Source: Patescibacteria group bacterium
GTDB lineage: Bacteria > Patescibacteriota > Gracilibacteria > UBA4473
Direction: 5' to 3'
Length of the DNA: 64,000 bases
Assembly (NCBI GenBank): GCA_965660445.1
Contig: CBFIAK010000002.1
Span: 8,235 to 72,234 of the forward strand
Shown here: positions 9,899 to 20,139 of the stretch, one piece after another
How the letters are laid out: every line of letters begins with the position of its first letter
Numbering within the stretch: the stretch's first letter is position 1
Position numbers and translations under genes: made by a program
Notes under the pieces: model-generated
What the model saw: the letters and a program-made list of their open reading frames with translations, nothing else
Told to the model about the DNA's origin: nothing
Databases searched by the model: none

Positions 9899-10678
9899 TT
9901 ATCCAAAGAAACCAAGCAGTTGTATATACCAATTCCATAACCATGTATCGGTATAGAGGAAAACCAGCAGTGCCGGCATAAGGAATGCGCCCATGGGTAA
10001 TGGAGTTTCTCCATTTGCTTTTTTAAAAATGAGTAATGGTAGGGCAATAAAACTTCCCAATATGTAAGACAAAAATAATGCCCCAAGTGTCAGCTTCCAT
10101 CCCAACACAAGACCTATAAAAAGAGCTAATTGTTGGTCTCCGTCGCCTACCCATTTTCCTTTTGAAATCCAGTATTGCAACGCGTAAAAGGAAAACCCAA
10201 TGGCTCCACCAATAAGAAAAGTCTGAACACCTTCTTCTCGAAAAAATGCCCAAAGTAGAACACCAGCTATCGCAGGAATCGTGAGTCTCTGGTCCACTTC
10301 AAAGTACCAAAGATCGTAATAGAAAAAAACCAATGCGAAAAAAACCACCCATAACACAGGAATAAGCTCTACGCTTGGATACATTTTTTGTGCAAACAAA
10401 AAAAACAAAAGCCCAAAACTTATTTCCAATAGTGGGTATATGGCTGATATTTTTGTTTTACAAAAACTACATTTTCCTTTTTGTATTACCCATGAGAGCA
10501 CAGGAATAAGATTGAGAACGCCAAGGCGGTGTTTGCATTTTGTGCATTTCGATCGTCCATTGATAATACCTATTTCATCGTTATGGAGTCTGTGAATAAG
10601 CAGTGATGAAAAACTTCCAAGTACGAGTCCGAGACAAGTAATGAAAAAGAGGGGAAATGCTGATAAAGTGTGAAGCAT
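9899..10678 (-). CDS. pilD: Prepilin peptidase (type IV leader peptidase, A24 family)
   Basis: Polytopic membrane protein with paired Cys motifs CTKCKH...CSFCKTKI near the N-terminus, followed by IYPLLE and a GDGD..LA aspartate motif. Confidence 0.85.
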   Translation of the reverse strand: MLHTLSAFPLFFITCLGLVLGSFSSLLIHRLHNDEIGIINGRSKCTKCKHRLGVLNLIPVLSWVIQKGKCSFCKTKISAIYPLLEISFGLLFFLFAQKMYPSVELIPVLWVVFFALVFFYYDLWYFEVDQRLTIPAIAGVLLWAFFREEGVQTFLIGGAIGFSFYALQYWISKGKWVGDGDQQLALFIGLVLGWKLTLGALFLSYILGSFIALPLLIFKKANGETPLPMGAFLMPALLVFLYTDTWLWNWYIQLLGFFG

Positions 10679-10696
10679 GTGAGAGGAAAGAGATAT

Positions 10697-11962
10697 TTAT
10701 TTTTTCGGATATATGACATCAAATCCACAGAGTGATTGGAGTACTTTTGGAATACGAACACTTCCATCTTTTTCTTGTAGGTTTTCAAGTATTGCAATAA
10801 GCGGACGTCCAGAAACGACAGTTCCATTCAGCGTATAAGCGGGAACAATATCACCATTTTTTCGTCGAATACGAATATTGAGTCGCCGAGTTTGAAAATC
10901 AGTACAAATAGAAGTCGATGTCATTTCTCGGTATTGGTTTTGTCCGGGAAGCCATGCTTCTAAATCGTATTTTTTAGCCGCTGAGTTTCCTAAGTCTCCA
11001 CAACACACATTCACGACCCGATAGGGGATTTCTAGTGATGAGAGTATGTGTTCTTCAATGTTTCGGAGTTCTTCATGAATTGTTTCTGCATTTTCAGGAA
11101 GAGCAAAAACAACCATTTCTACTTTTTCAAACTGATGTACTCGAAATATACCACGAGTATCTTTTCCGTACGTTCCGGCTTCTCGTCGAAAACAAGGAGA
11201 ATAAGATACATATCGAGCCGGCATATCTTCTTCGTTGAGTATTTCCCCGTCGTGATAACTCACCATTGGAACTTCACTTGTTCCGATGAGATACAAGTCG
11301 TCTTCACCAGGGTTTATACAATAGTTTTCGTCTTTATCTAAATATCCGGTACCAAACAAGGCTCGTTCACGAGTCATGAACGGAGGAATAATCGCGGTAA
11401 ACCCTTTTTTTTGAACTTCCATGAACGCCCAAAAAATCAACGCTCTTTGGAGGATTGCGAGTTCATTTTTGAGGTAGTAAAACCGAGCACCTGAAGTTTT
11501 TGCACTTCGTTCCGTATCGAGAATATCAAGTATTTCTGCTAAGTCAGCATGGTCTTTCACAGGGAAATCAAACTGAGGGATGGTTCCTTCTTTTCGTATA
11601 ACTTGGTTTTCTTCGTCACTTTTTCCATCAGGAGCGTCTTTGTGTGGTGGATTTGGTAGAGAAAATAAAATGTTTTGGTATTGTTCTTCGGCAAACCGAA
11701 ACGCAGACTCTTTTTCTTTTCGAGTTTCAGATAATGTCTTCATATGAGCAAGTACGTTCACTTTTTCGTTTCCAGAAAGAGTTGGTATTTTTTTAGAAGC
11801 CTCGTTTTGTTGTGCTTTGAGTGATTCGATTTCTTGTTGGAGTGCAATACGGTTTTGATCGAGTTCTAATAACTCATCAAGAAGAAGAGGTGATACCCCT
11901 TTTCGAGCGAGGCTTGTTTTGTAGTCTTGGGTTTGAGAACGAATATCTTTTATATCAAGCAT
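10697..11962 (-). CDS. serS: Seryl-tRNA synthetase
   Basis: MLDIKDIR N-terminal coiled-coil arm and class II core motifs (FRREAG.YG.DTRGIFRVHQFEKVE, TLNGT). Confidence 0.95.
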   Translation of the reverse strand: MLDIKDIRSQTQDYKTSLARKGVSPLLLDELLELDQNRIALQQEIESLKAQQNEASKKIPTLSGNEKVNVLAHMKTLSETRKEKESAFRFAEEQYQNILFSLPNPPHKDAPDGKSDEENQVIRKEGTIPQFDFPVKDHADLAEILDILDTERSAKTSGARFYYLKNELAILQRALIFWAFMEVQKKGFTAIIPPFMTRERALFGTGYLDKDENYCINPGEDDLYLIGTSEVPMVSYHDGEILNEEDMPARYVSYSPCFRREAGTYGKDTRGIFRVHQFEKVEMVVFALPENAETIHEELRNIEEHILSSLEIPYRVVNVCCGDLGNSAAKKYDLEAWLPGQNQYREMTSTSICTDFQTRRLNIRIRRKNGDIVPAYTLNGTVVSGRPLIAILENLQEKDGSVRIPKVLQSLCGFDVIYPKK

Positions 11963-11994
11963 GTGCGTCTAAAAAATAAAATAAAAAGTTTTGT

Positions 11995-13044
11995 TTATGA
12001 AAACAAGTTTGGGGGTGGTTTGATACCAATATGTTGAAACGCTGCATCAGTTGCCATTCTTCCGCGTGGAGTTTTTTGCAAGAACCCTTCTTGAATAAGA
12101 AATGGTTCGATCATGTCTTCAATCGTGTTTTCTTCTTCGCCCATAGCAGCCCCTATAGTACTTAATCCTACAGGGCCACCTCTAAATTTTTCGCATAAGT
12201 TTTGGAGATACATTTGGTCGGAATGATCAAGCCCTTTGTGATCAATAGATAAGTTTTGGAGCCCATCAAGAATCACTGCTTTTGTGATGCGTCCTTGGTG
12301 CAATATTTCCGCAAAATCTCGCATTCGTCGTAAGAGTCGGTTTGCAATTCGAGGCGTTTTTCGTGCTGAGTGGGAGAGTATTTCAGCGGCTTCATCTTCA
12401 ATAACAATATCAAGAATATGAGCTGATCGAGTGATAATGTGTTGTATTTCCTCAGGTGAGTAGTATCGAAGTCGTTCTACGTGTCCAAACCGGTCACGAA
12501 GAGGTCCTGCCAAGCTTGATGCCTTTGTGGTCGCTCCAATAAGCGTGAATTTTGGGACATTGAGTCTCATGGTTCTCGCACTTGGCCCTTTTCCGACGAC
12601 AATATCGAGTACAAAATCTTCCATAGCGCTATACAGGATTTCTTCAACGGTGGTTTTAAGTCGATGTATTTCGTCGATAAAAAGGAAATCGTTTGGTTTG
12701 AGACTGGTAAGAATAGCGGCTAAATCTCCGGGTTTGTCGAGTGCTGGGCCCGATGTTATGCGAAGATTTGATTGCATGTGATGAGCAATAATCAGAGAGA
12801 GTGTTGTTTTTCCAAGTCCAGGAGGACCATAGAGGAGAATGTGGTCGAGACTTTCTCCTCGTTTACGAGATGCTTCACAAAATATTTTTAAGTTTTGTTT
12901 GATATCCGTTTGTCCGATATAGTTTTCAAAATCTTTTGGACGGAGCGTGTTTTCAAACGAATCAATATCACTTTGTGTTTGCGGTGACACAAATGAATTA
13001 TTGGTTTTTTTAGGTTGAAAGGGTTTGTTTTCTTCTATGGCCAT
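11995..13044 (-). CDS. ruvB: Holliday junction branch-migration helicase RuvB
   Basis: LRPKDFENYIGQ, LLYGPPGLGKTTL (Walker A), FIDEIHRL (Walker B) and LIGATT. The start was trimmed to the ATG at 13044 (MAIEENK); the ORF-track start is 13125. Confidence 0.95.
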   Translation of the reverse strand: MAIEENKPFQPKKTNNSFVSPQTQSDIDSFENTLRPKDFENYIGQTDIKQNLKIFCEASRKRGESLDHILLYGPPGLGKTTLSLIIAHHMQSNLRITSGPALDKPGDLAAILTSLKPNDFLFIDEIHRLKTTVEEILYSAMEDFVLDIVVGKGPSARTMRLNVPKFTLIGATTKASSLAGPLRDRFGHVERLRYYSPEEIQHIITRSAHILDIVIEDEAAEILSHSARKTPRIANRLLRRMRDFAEILHQGRITKAVILDGLQNLSIDHKGLDHSDQMYLQNLCEKFRGGPVGLSTIGAAMGEEENTIEDMIEPFLIQEGFLQKTPRGRMATDAAFQHIGIKPPPNLFS

Positions 13045-13191
13045 AGTCACTGAGAATGGTACTCTATATTGATAGGAATGACAATTGAATTCACGGCTAT
13101 TTTTTATAAAAAAAACTTGCCACAAAAAATTTTTTTTTTACAATGGCAAAGCTGTTTACCGTAATACACTTACCGCACTGAAAAAACAATC

Positions 13192-13268
13192 GCCACCTTA
13201 GCTCAGCTGGCTAGAGCAACGGATTTGTAACCCGTAGGTCATCGGTTCGACTCCGATAGGTGGCTCCA
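13192..13268 (+). tRNA. tRNA-Thr (anticodon UGU), CCA encoded
   Basis: Folds by hand as a cloverleaf: acceptor GCCACCT/AGGTGGC, D-arm GCTC...GAGC, anticodon loop TT-TGT-AA, T-arm ATCGG-TTCGACT-CCGAT, discriminator T, then CCA. Confidence 0.9.
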
Positions 13269-13283
13269 CCCATATACAGAACA

Positions 13284-13309
13284 AACACTCCTTCGGGGTG
13301 TTTTTTTGA
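13284..13309 (+). terminator. Rho-independent terminator after tRNA-Thr
   Basis: Stem aacactcc / ggggtgtt around a short ttcg-type loop, followed by T7. Confidence 0.6.
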
Positions 13310-13352
13310 TTTTCATTCCTTTCTTTTTTCTCTTCTTTTTCGTATCATATGA

Positions 13353-14729
13353 ATGTTCATGCAACTGACTGCTGCTCACATTGTTCGGATATTGCAAAAT
13401 AATGGGTTTGAGGCTTATTTTGTAGGGGGTTGTGTGCGTGATTTACTCCTAAAAAAAGAGCCTCAAGATTTTGATATTGCCACCAATGCCACTCCAGAAC
13501 AAATAGAATCTCTTTTTCAGAAAACATATGCTATTGGAAAACGATTTGGAGTGATTCTTATTGAAGAAAATAACCACCATTTTGAAGTGGCAACATTCCG
13601 TTCCGATAGCGGATACTCCGATGGGCGTCGTCCTGATTTTGTTACGTTTTCTACCGCAAAAGAAGATGCACTTCGTCGTGATTTTACTATTAATGCACTC
13701 TACTACGATCCCATAAAAGAATCGATTTTGGATTTTGTAGGCGGAAAATCAGATTTAGCTCGTGGTATTATTCGGTTTGTGGGAAACCCCGATGAACGTA
13801 TAGAAGAAGACTGTCTTCGGTTGTTGCGGGCTATTCGGTTTCGGCATAGACTTGGATACGACTACGATACCGAAACAAGAAATGCACTGAAACGTCATTC
13901 TTCACTTGTAAACCATATCAGTGTTGAACGTATTCGTGATGAGTTGAATAAAATAATTGTTCACTATTCGAGTAAAGACGCGTTTGCTGAGCTTCTGGAT
14001 TTTGGTATTCTGTCTCGTCTTATTCCTGATATTGAAAAGTTGCAGTGGGTTACTCAACCGGAAGATCATCATAGTGAAGGCAATGTTTGGGCTCATTCTG
14101 TACTGGTGCTTTCTCATATTCCGCCAGATTCTTGTTTAGAGCTGTATTGGGCAGCGCTTTTTCATGATATAGGAAAAATGGATACTGTTGTTTTTTCGGA
14201 TGGGCGATTGCGTTACCCTCATCATCAAGATGCCAGTCGTCAGCGTGCAGAAAATTGGTGTCACCAGTTTTCTTTTTCGAGAAGGCAAATCAATAAAATA
14301 GGTTGGCTTATTCATAATCATCATATATTTAATACTTTTCAAGACTGGAAACTTGTGCGAAAACTTGAATATTTTGATCATCCGTATTTCTTAGATCTCC
14401 TCACGCTCGTGCGTGCTGATATTCAGGGTTCTCGTCCCACAGATAATGATTACACAGGACATAAAAAAATACTTGAAAAGTTAGAATCTATTGAAGAAAA
14501 TTACCATTATGCGCATTCAGCTCGTATACTCCCTTCTCATCACGAGCCTTTTTTTGATGGACATCAAATTCAAAAAATATTAGGTCTTTCCTCAGGAGAG
14601 CATATTGGGGTACTCAAACAAAAACTCAAAGAAGCACAGCTCGTGGGGGATGTTACTACGCAAGGAGAAGCTCTTGCATGGCTCAAATATCAAGAAAAAA
14701 GACTTTCTTCGAAAAGAAAGTCTTTGTAG
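13353..14729 (+). CDS. cca: CCA-adding enzyme / poly(A) polymerase-family tRNA nucleotidyltransferase with HD domain
   Basis: YFVGGCVRDLLL...DFDIAT (the GG..RD nucleotidyltransferase head), RRDFTINA, and a downstream HD-type region (LFHDIGK). Confidence 0.85.
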   Translation: MFMQLTAAHIVRILQNNGFEAYFVGGCVRDLLLKKEPQDFDIATNATPEQIESLFQKTYAIGKRFGVILIEENNHHFEVATFRSDSGYSDGRRPDFVTFSTAKEDALRRDFTINALYYDPIKESILDFVGGKSDLARGIIRFVGNPDERIEEDCLRLLRAIRFRHRLGYDYDTETRNALKRHSSLVNHISVERIRDELNKIIVHYSSKDAFAELLDFGILSRLIPDIEKLQWVTQPEDHHSEGNVWAHSVLVLSHIPPDSCLELYWAALFHDIGKMDTVVFSDGRLRYPHHQDASRQRAENWCHQFSFSRRQINKIGWLIHNHHIFNTFQDWKLVRKLEYFDHPYFLDLLTLVRADIQGSRPTDNDYTGHKKILEKLESIEENYHYAHSARILPSHHEPFFDGHQIQKILGLSSGEHIGVLKQKLKEAQLVGDVTTQGEALAWLKYQEKRLSSKRKSL

Positions 14730-14741
14730 GGAATAACTTGT

Positions 14742-15911
14742 TCACGTTGTTTTTTTAATCTTCAGTGTTTTTGCACTCAAAAAAGAAAGAATGATCATAA
14801 TAGAAGATCCAATAAGAACTCCCATTTTTGCAGATGCTTGAATATCACTATTGATAAAGGCTGCCCCACTGACAAATAAAGCAACGGTGAGTCCAATACC
14901 TGTAATATTAGCGAGTACAAAAAGTTCTTTCATTCTTATGCCTTTTGGAAGTTTTATACCTAGTAAATGAGCGGTAAAAGCAAATCCAAAGACTCCCATA
15001 AATTTACCAATCATAAGTCCGAACATTACGGGGTATGTAGAATCTCCAATAGAAGACAGAAGTACTCCGGCATTCACAAGTGCGAAAACAAAAAGTCCGA
15101 CTTCAATAGGCGTTTTAAAGAAGTGTTCGAATTGATTGAGAGGATCAATGTTTTTTTTCATATGGCCACTGACTTCTCTTCTTTCTTCTTCCGCAAAAAG
15201 ACCTTCATCTTTTGTGGCAGATGGAATAAATGGAATAATCGGAACGAGTGCCAGTGCTGGATGTAAGTGAGCTGTGTAGAGCCCTATCCAGCTTAAGCCT
15301 CCTCCAAATATGATATACCACCAAAAGTTTTCAATTCGTGCTTTTTTAAAACCGAATGAAAGAAAAACGCCCAAGACAAGAAATAGTAGGTTTTGCAGTT
15401 CCACTGGATGATTTGGATCGGGATAGAATATGGCAATTATACCCAGTCCGAGTGCGTCATCAACAATGGCGAGTAAGAGTAAATATTGAATAGCAGGGTG
15501 TTTTTTCCCAAATATAAGGGATGCAATCATCCATGCAATAGCAATATCAGTTGCTGTTGGAATACCAAAACCAATAAGAAGGGATTCTTGTTTTCCCATA
15601 ACAAAGACTGTTATGATATAGACCCCAATTGGTACAAGTATTCCGCCCATTGTGGCAATAAGCGGATTCAGTGCGTTTTTTATATTCGCTAATGATCCAC
15701 CTGGTTTTGTGGCTTCAACAATCTCTTTTGTGGCAATCCCAAAAAAGAAAACCATAAAAATATCATTTATGGCGAAATGAAGTGTGTGAACCATATTATT
15801 ATAGGATTCACTATCGACATTAATCCATATGAGAGAAGCAATTATTCCTGATATCAGAAATAATGAAAATTCCATGGATAAGCTCCATGCCTTTTGAAGG
15901 TATTTTGTCAT
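14742..15911 (-). CDS. nhaA: Na+/H+ antiporter NhaA
   Basis: Polytopic protein with NhaA-like motifs: FFFGIATKEI, GIPTATDIAIA, LAIVDDALGLGIIAIFY. Confidence 0.85.
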   Translation of the reverse strand: MTKYLQKAWSLSMEFSLFLISGIIASLIWINVDSESYNNMVHTLHFAINDIFMVFFFGIATKEIVEATKPGGSLANIKNALNPLIATMGGILVPIGVYIITVFVMGKQESLLIGFGIPTATDIAIAWMIASLIFGKKHPAIQYLLLLAIVDDALGLGIIAIFYPDPNHPVELQNLLFLVLGVFLSFGFKKARIENFWWYIIFGGGLSWIGLYTAHLHPALALVPIIPFIPSATKDEGLFAEEERREVSGHMKKNIDPLNQFEHFFKTPIEVGLFVFALVNAGVLLSSIGDSTYPVMFGLMIGKFMGVFGFAFTAHLLGIKLPKGIRMKELFVLANITGIGLTVALFVSGAAFINSDIQASAKMGVLIGSSIMIILSFLSAKTLKIKKTT

Positions 15912-16013
15912 TTAAGACATCTCCTTTTTTTGTTGAACAAGTTGTGTAAAAGAACCATGAATAAGTATGATTTGTATCATCTTTTCATGAATTTTTATTT
16001 TTCATTTTTTATA

Positions 16014-16637
16014 TTAAAAGTCAATGTTTTTCTTAATTTTCATAGAGAAAGGGTTTGCTTTTAAACCTTCCAGAAAATCTTTAAATATTATTTCTTGGCT
16101 TCTCAGTGATAGTGTATTGTGAAGTCCTTCTGATTCGAGGAATAAATCAAACTCTTCATAAATATTTGTTATAATCTGATTATAGAGAGTGTGTAAGAAA
16201 AATTTATTGTTCCGAAACTCTGATCGGTTTCCAGTGTAGAGTGGTTCGTTTTGGCTTTCTATAAACAATAAAAATGAAGTGTTGTTTTCGTGTTGTAAGA
16301 AATCTAAGTCTTCTTTTGAAAGAGAAAGATAGATAGTGATTATTTCAAATTTTCTTTCAATATCTTCTGGCATCAACGATTGATCAATAATTTCAGAAAT
16401 TCTATTGATGGGATAGTTTTTTTTATTTATGTATTGGCGCAAGAGAGAAGAAAATGTAAGAATTTCATCGATGTTATCTGTATTGTCAAGAACATCATTA
16501 ATGCGATTATTGTATTCAGAAAGTGCATAATAATAAGCTTGAAAAGCTTCTTTTTTTGAGAGTTTCAATTGATGTGCAATTTTTATAAGGGCCTGATCAT
16601 TTTCATTTTCAAACTCAGATGAGTGATATTTTTCCAT
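16014..16637 (-). CDS. Hypothetical cytoplasmic protein (orphan)
   Basis: 207-aa ORF in a locally very AT-rich stretch. No signal peptide and no motif I can recognise. Confidence 0.5.
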   Translation of the reverse strand: MEKYHSSEFENENDQALIKIAHQLKLSKKEAFQAYYYALSEYNNRINDVLDNTDNIDEILTFSSLLRQYINKKNYPINRISEIIDQSLMPEDIERKFEIITIYLSLSKEDLDFLQHENNTSFLLFIESQNEPLYTGNRSEFRNNKFFLHTLYNQIITNIYEEFDLFLESEGLHNTLSLRSQEIIFKDFLEGLKANPFSMKIKKNIDF

Positions 16638-16709
16638 AAATTATTTATAAAATATTTAAATATTGTGTCAATGTGTTTTTTTTGTATTTTTTCTTTTATA
16701 ATAAAAAAC

Positions 16710-17600
16710 ATGAATCGTTTTTTTTCTTTCTTGTTTGTTCTTGGTCTTTGTATAGGAGGGTATGTATGGTTGCGTCCAATAAATCCATGTGAGATTTCAT
16801 TTGAATATCGACTTGGTATACTTGATGAACGTTTTGGAATTTCTCGTGAAGAGGTATTACAGATACTTCTTGATGTGGAAACTTTTTGGGAAACCCCAAC
16901 TCAGAAAAATCTTTTTACGTATAATCCAGAGGCTTCTTATACTATTGATTTTATATTTGACGATCGTCAGATTCGAACCAATACTGTCAATAAATCATCA
17001 CAAAAACTGAATGATATGAAATCGATATTTGATGAATTTCAGTTGCGTTATGAACAAGAAAAAGTGAAATACGAATCCCTTATTCAAGAATACGAACAAA
17101 AAAAATCAGTCTATGAAATTGATCTTTCACAAATCAATCAACGAATTCAAGATTGGAATAAGAATCCATCTTTCGATCCGAATATTCGTGCTGAACTGGA
17201 ACGTGATCAAAAGAGTATACAGCAACGACAGCAATTATTATTGAATGAGCAATTAGATATTGCACAACAACAAGAAATCGTTAACAGTATTGCTCAAGAA
17301 GCGAATGTACTTCAAACAGAATATAATAGGGCTGTTGAAGAATTTAATGCGTTGTATTCTGATGGACGTGAGTTTAGTCAGGGCACATGGTTTCCTGATC
17401 GAATAGAGATTTATGAGTTTGAAAATGAACAACGGTTAAAATTTTTACTCGCTCATGAGTTTGGTCATGCACTTGGCGTTGATCATGTTTCAGATCCTAC
17501 GTCTATTATGCATGCTTATATGGAAGAACAACCACTTGATACTCAAACAGTTTCAGTATTTGATATTAATGCTTTATACGCTGTCTGTGGAATCGAGTAG
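16710..17600 (+). CDS. Secreted or membrane-anchored zinc metalloprotease, matrixin-like (M10-type HExxHxxGxxH)
   Basis: LLAHEFGHALGVDHVSDPTSIMHAYM gives HEFGHALGVDH plus a downstream Met-turn. Hydrophobic N-terminal anchor MNRFFSFLFVLGLCIGGYVW and a central coiled-coil-like Q/E-rich region. The start was trimmed to the ATG at 16710. Confidence 0.7.
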   Translation: MNRFFSFLFVLGLCIGGYVWLRPINPCEISFEYRLGILDERFGISREEVLQILLDVETFWETPTQKNLFTYNPEASYTIDFIFDDRQIRTNTVNKSSQKLNDMKSIFDEFQLRYEQEKVKYESLIQEYEQKKSVYEIDLSQINQRIQDWNKNPSFDPNIRAELERDQKSIQQRQQLLLNEQLDIAQQQEIVNSIAQEANVLQTEYNRAVEEFNALYSDGREFSQGTWFPDRIEIYEFENEQRLKFLLAHEFGHALGVDHVSDPTSIMHAYMEEQPLDTQTVSVFDINALYAVCGIE

Positions 17601-17602
17601 TA

Positions 17603-18976
17603 TTATTCTGTTGTCCCAATAATTACCTGAATGTCTGTAATGTCACTGGCTGTTTTATGTTCAGGAGATATGGTCATTATTTTATCAGTATTGAATATTT
17701 TTTTCAGGATTTTAATGGTTTCTGGTGTTTTTTCTGGGCTATAAACATGTAAAAAACTGGTGAAAATAGGCATTTCTGAATCGAAATTTCCAACGTCAAT
17801 GACATGGAACCCAAGTTTCTTCAGTCTATTTGCAGATTCTCGTGCTTTTCCTGGAAGTCGTGATCCGTTTAAAACCTCTATTTGTGCGTTCTCAAGTAGT
17901 ACTTCTGGATGAATGAGTACAAGATCCATAAAGAGTTGTGTTTCTCGTAAGTCTTCAGGAAGTAACACATATCGGCCTCCGTAAAATTCTTTTGCTGGCG
18001 TATAAAGATATCCTCCTGGTTTTAGTTGATCATCATTAAGGACCGCCACAACAGAATTATTGTAGTCAATATTAAGTGCCATTTTAGCCAGTGATATCAT
18101 TTGCGTTGTGCTAATATCAGTGATGATATTTTGAGTGATTGAATCATAAAACCGTTTCAATTTGCCCATATCAGTAAAAAGGCTTATGTCTTCTGCTTTT
18201 TTTCGGATAGCGAGTAGAATGTCTTGTTGTCGTCGAGCTCTATCATAATCAGATGATGTTTTTCGGCTTCGTGCGTATCGCAACGCTGTACGTCCATCAA
18301 TAGTTTGGAGTCCTTTTCGAATGACAAAAGTTGTATATCCATAATTATTATCAGGATAAAAAGGATCTTCAATGTCTTCTGGGATAAAAATATCTATCCC
18401 GCCAAGAGTATCAATGAGGCTCTCAAACATATGAAAATCAATCACTACACCGTAGTGAATATCAATATTGGTAAAATTAGAAATAGCTTCTTTTACAATA
18501 CTAAGTCCCTTTTGAGGATCTTTGTATTTATATTTTGCAGATGCATAGACCTCATTGATTCTTCGTGCACCCATATCTGATTCTACAAATAAGTCTCGAG
18601 GGAGGCTTAAAAAAGAAGCAGATGGGTTCTTCGGATTTAAGGAAGCAATCATAATTGAATCCGTGAGATTTCCTCCTTCATTTCCCTCACCAGCTACACC
18701 CAAAAACACAATATTTATATGTTTATTTGTGTCGGTTGAGAGATTCGTAATTGGTTGAAATGCGTTTCCATTTAAAACATGGTTAATAGTGCCCATTGCC
18801 CAAACAAATGACCCTAAAAGTCCAACACCAAGAACAAAAAACCAGATTTTTGATCCACCACAAAGAATATGTTTCTCAATCCAGAAAGGAACTTTTTTTT
18901 CCTTTTTTTGTTTTATTTTTCTCACTTTAAAATTCATTTCGTGTGGCATAGTATCGCTTTTCTTAAAAATGGTCAA
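17603..18976 (-). CDS. LytR-CpsA-Psr (LCP) family cell-wall glycopolymer ligase
   Basis: N-terminal TM segment, then NIVFLGV....GGNLTDSIMIASL.......FLSLPRDL (the LCP core motif) and a C-terminal LytR_C-like region. Confidence 0.8.
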   Translation of the reverse strand: MTIFKKSDTMPHEMNFKVRKIKQKKEKKVPFWIEKHILCGGSKIWFFVLGVGLLGSFVWAMGTINHVLNGNAFQPITNLSTDTNKHINIVFLGVAGEGNEGGNLTDSIMIASLNPKNPSASFLSLPRDLFVESDMGARRINEVYASAKYKYKDPQKGLSIVKEAISNFTNIDIHYGVVIDFHMFESLIDTLGGIDIFIPEDIEDPFYPDNNYGYTTFVIRKGLQTIDGRTALRYARSRKTSSDYDRARRQQDILLAIRKKAEDISLFTDMGKLKRFYDSITQNIITDISTTQMISLAKMALNIDYNNSVVAVLNDDQLKPGGYLYTPAKEFYGGRYVLLPEDLRETQLFMDLVLIHPEVLLENAQIEVLNGSRLPGKARESANRLKKLGFHVIDVGNFDSEMPIFTSFLHVYSPEKTPETIKILKKIFNTDKIMTISPEHKTASDITDIQVIIGTTE

Positions 18977-19041
18977 ACTGAATACAAAAATTATTCAAAT
19001 TTAGAATTTGCATCGTTTTTTGTGTTCGTTTATTATACCGG

Positions 19042-20046
19042 TTGATGAAAAAAATAATTTTTGCTCCCGTATTGTTTCTATTGAGTGTTGGGTTTACTCC
19101 ATCACTTGTGTTTGCGTATAGCGATATTTCTCTTGAAAATAGCCTTTATCCTGCACTTGAGTATCTTACGACAAAGAAATTCGTTAATGGATATAGCGAT
19201 GGAACCTTTCGTCCTTCACAACCGATCAATAGAGCGGAAGCCTTAAAAATGATATTGGTAGCAGCAGAAACACCTCTTTTAGATGAAGGGGAATTACTTT
19301 CTGATGTACCAGAAGATGCATGGTTTGCGCCTTATGTTCGGTTTGCTCAAGCGAGAGGTATTGTTTCTGGAAATGAAGATGGTCTGTTTGTGCCTGATCG
19401 ACAAGTAAATCGAGCTGAGTTTTTAAAAATGCTATTAGGGGCTTTTGATGTTAACCCAAGTGATTATGAACTGAATGTGCAACCAGTTGATGCTCCGCAA
19501 GATGCATGGTTTGCACCTCATGTTCGGTTTGCGACAGAGTTTAATATCATTGAAATGGATGGGTTTCAAAAAGTGTATCCTGCCGAAACACTTACCAGAG
19601 GTGGGGCAGCTACTCTGCTCTATAAAACATTAAAAGTCGGTCAAGGCCTTGATGCTCAAACATTACTGACACTTACTGAAAATCATTTAGTATCGGCTTT
19701 AGAGACACTTCAACAAAAAAACATGTTTCAAGCAGGGCTTCATGTTCAATCGGCACAGTATTTTTCCAAAGTATCTCAAGGTTTATTGCCCGATAACGAA
19801 ATTGTCATTGCGGCTCATAATACTACTTCAGCGGTAAATAATTTAGTCGGTGCGTATGTAGCAGCTGAAAACGTGCAATTAGAAGATGTTATTACCGCCG
19901 CAAAAAATGCTTGGTCATTTGCGGATAAAATTCATATGTCAGGAGGACCCAATCTTATGAATATGGCATTAGAAATTAAGGAACTCGCTGGAAGTATAGC
20001 TAATAAAGCTCGTGAGTTACAAAAAACACTGAATACTGAAGAATAA
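19042..20046 (+). CDS. S-layer homology (SLH) domain surface protein
   Basis: Signal peptide followed by SLH-type repeats (FVNGYSDGTFRPSQPINRAEALKMIL, GIVSGNEDGLFVPDRQVNRAEFLKMLL) and repeated DAWFAP(Y/H)VRFA motifs. The ATG at 19045 is the probable start. Confidence 0.8.
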   Translation: MMKKIIFAPVLFLLSVGFTPSLVFAYSDISLENSLYPALEYLTTKKFVNGYSDGTFRPSQPINRAEALKMILVAAETPLLDEGELLSDVPEDAWFAPYVRFAQARGIVSGNEDGLFVPDRQVNRAEFLKMLLGAFDVNPSDYELNVQPVDAPQDAWFAPHVRFATEFNIIEMDGFQKVYPAETLTRGGAATLLYKTLKVGQGLDAQTLLTLTENHLVSALETLQQKNMFQAGLHVQSAQYFSKVSQGLLPDNEIVIAAHNTTSAVNNLVGAYVAAENVQLEDVITAAKNAWSFADKIHMSGGPNLMNMALEIKELAGSIANKARELQKTLNTEE

Positions 20047-20057
20047 AAGATGTTTTC

Positions 20058-20092
20058 AAAAAAATACCACAGAATATCTGTGGTATTTTTTT
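20058..20092. terminator. Bidirectional hairpin terminator between convergent genes
   Basis: aaaaataccacag-aatat-ctgtggtattttttt. An A-tract and a T-tract flank a perfect 10-bp stem. Confidence 0.65.
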
Positions 20093-20139
20093 GTGAATGA
20101 ATCGAACCTATCGAGTTCTCTTCTTTTTAAAGAAGGGGA

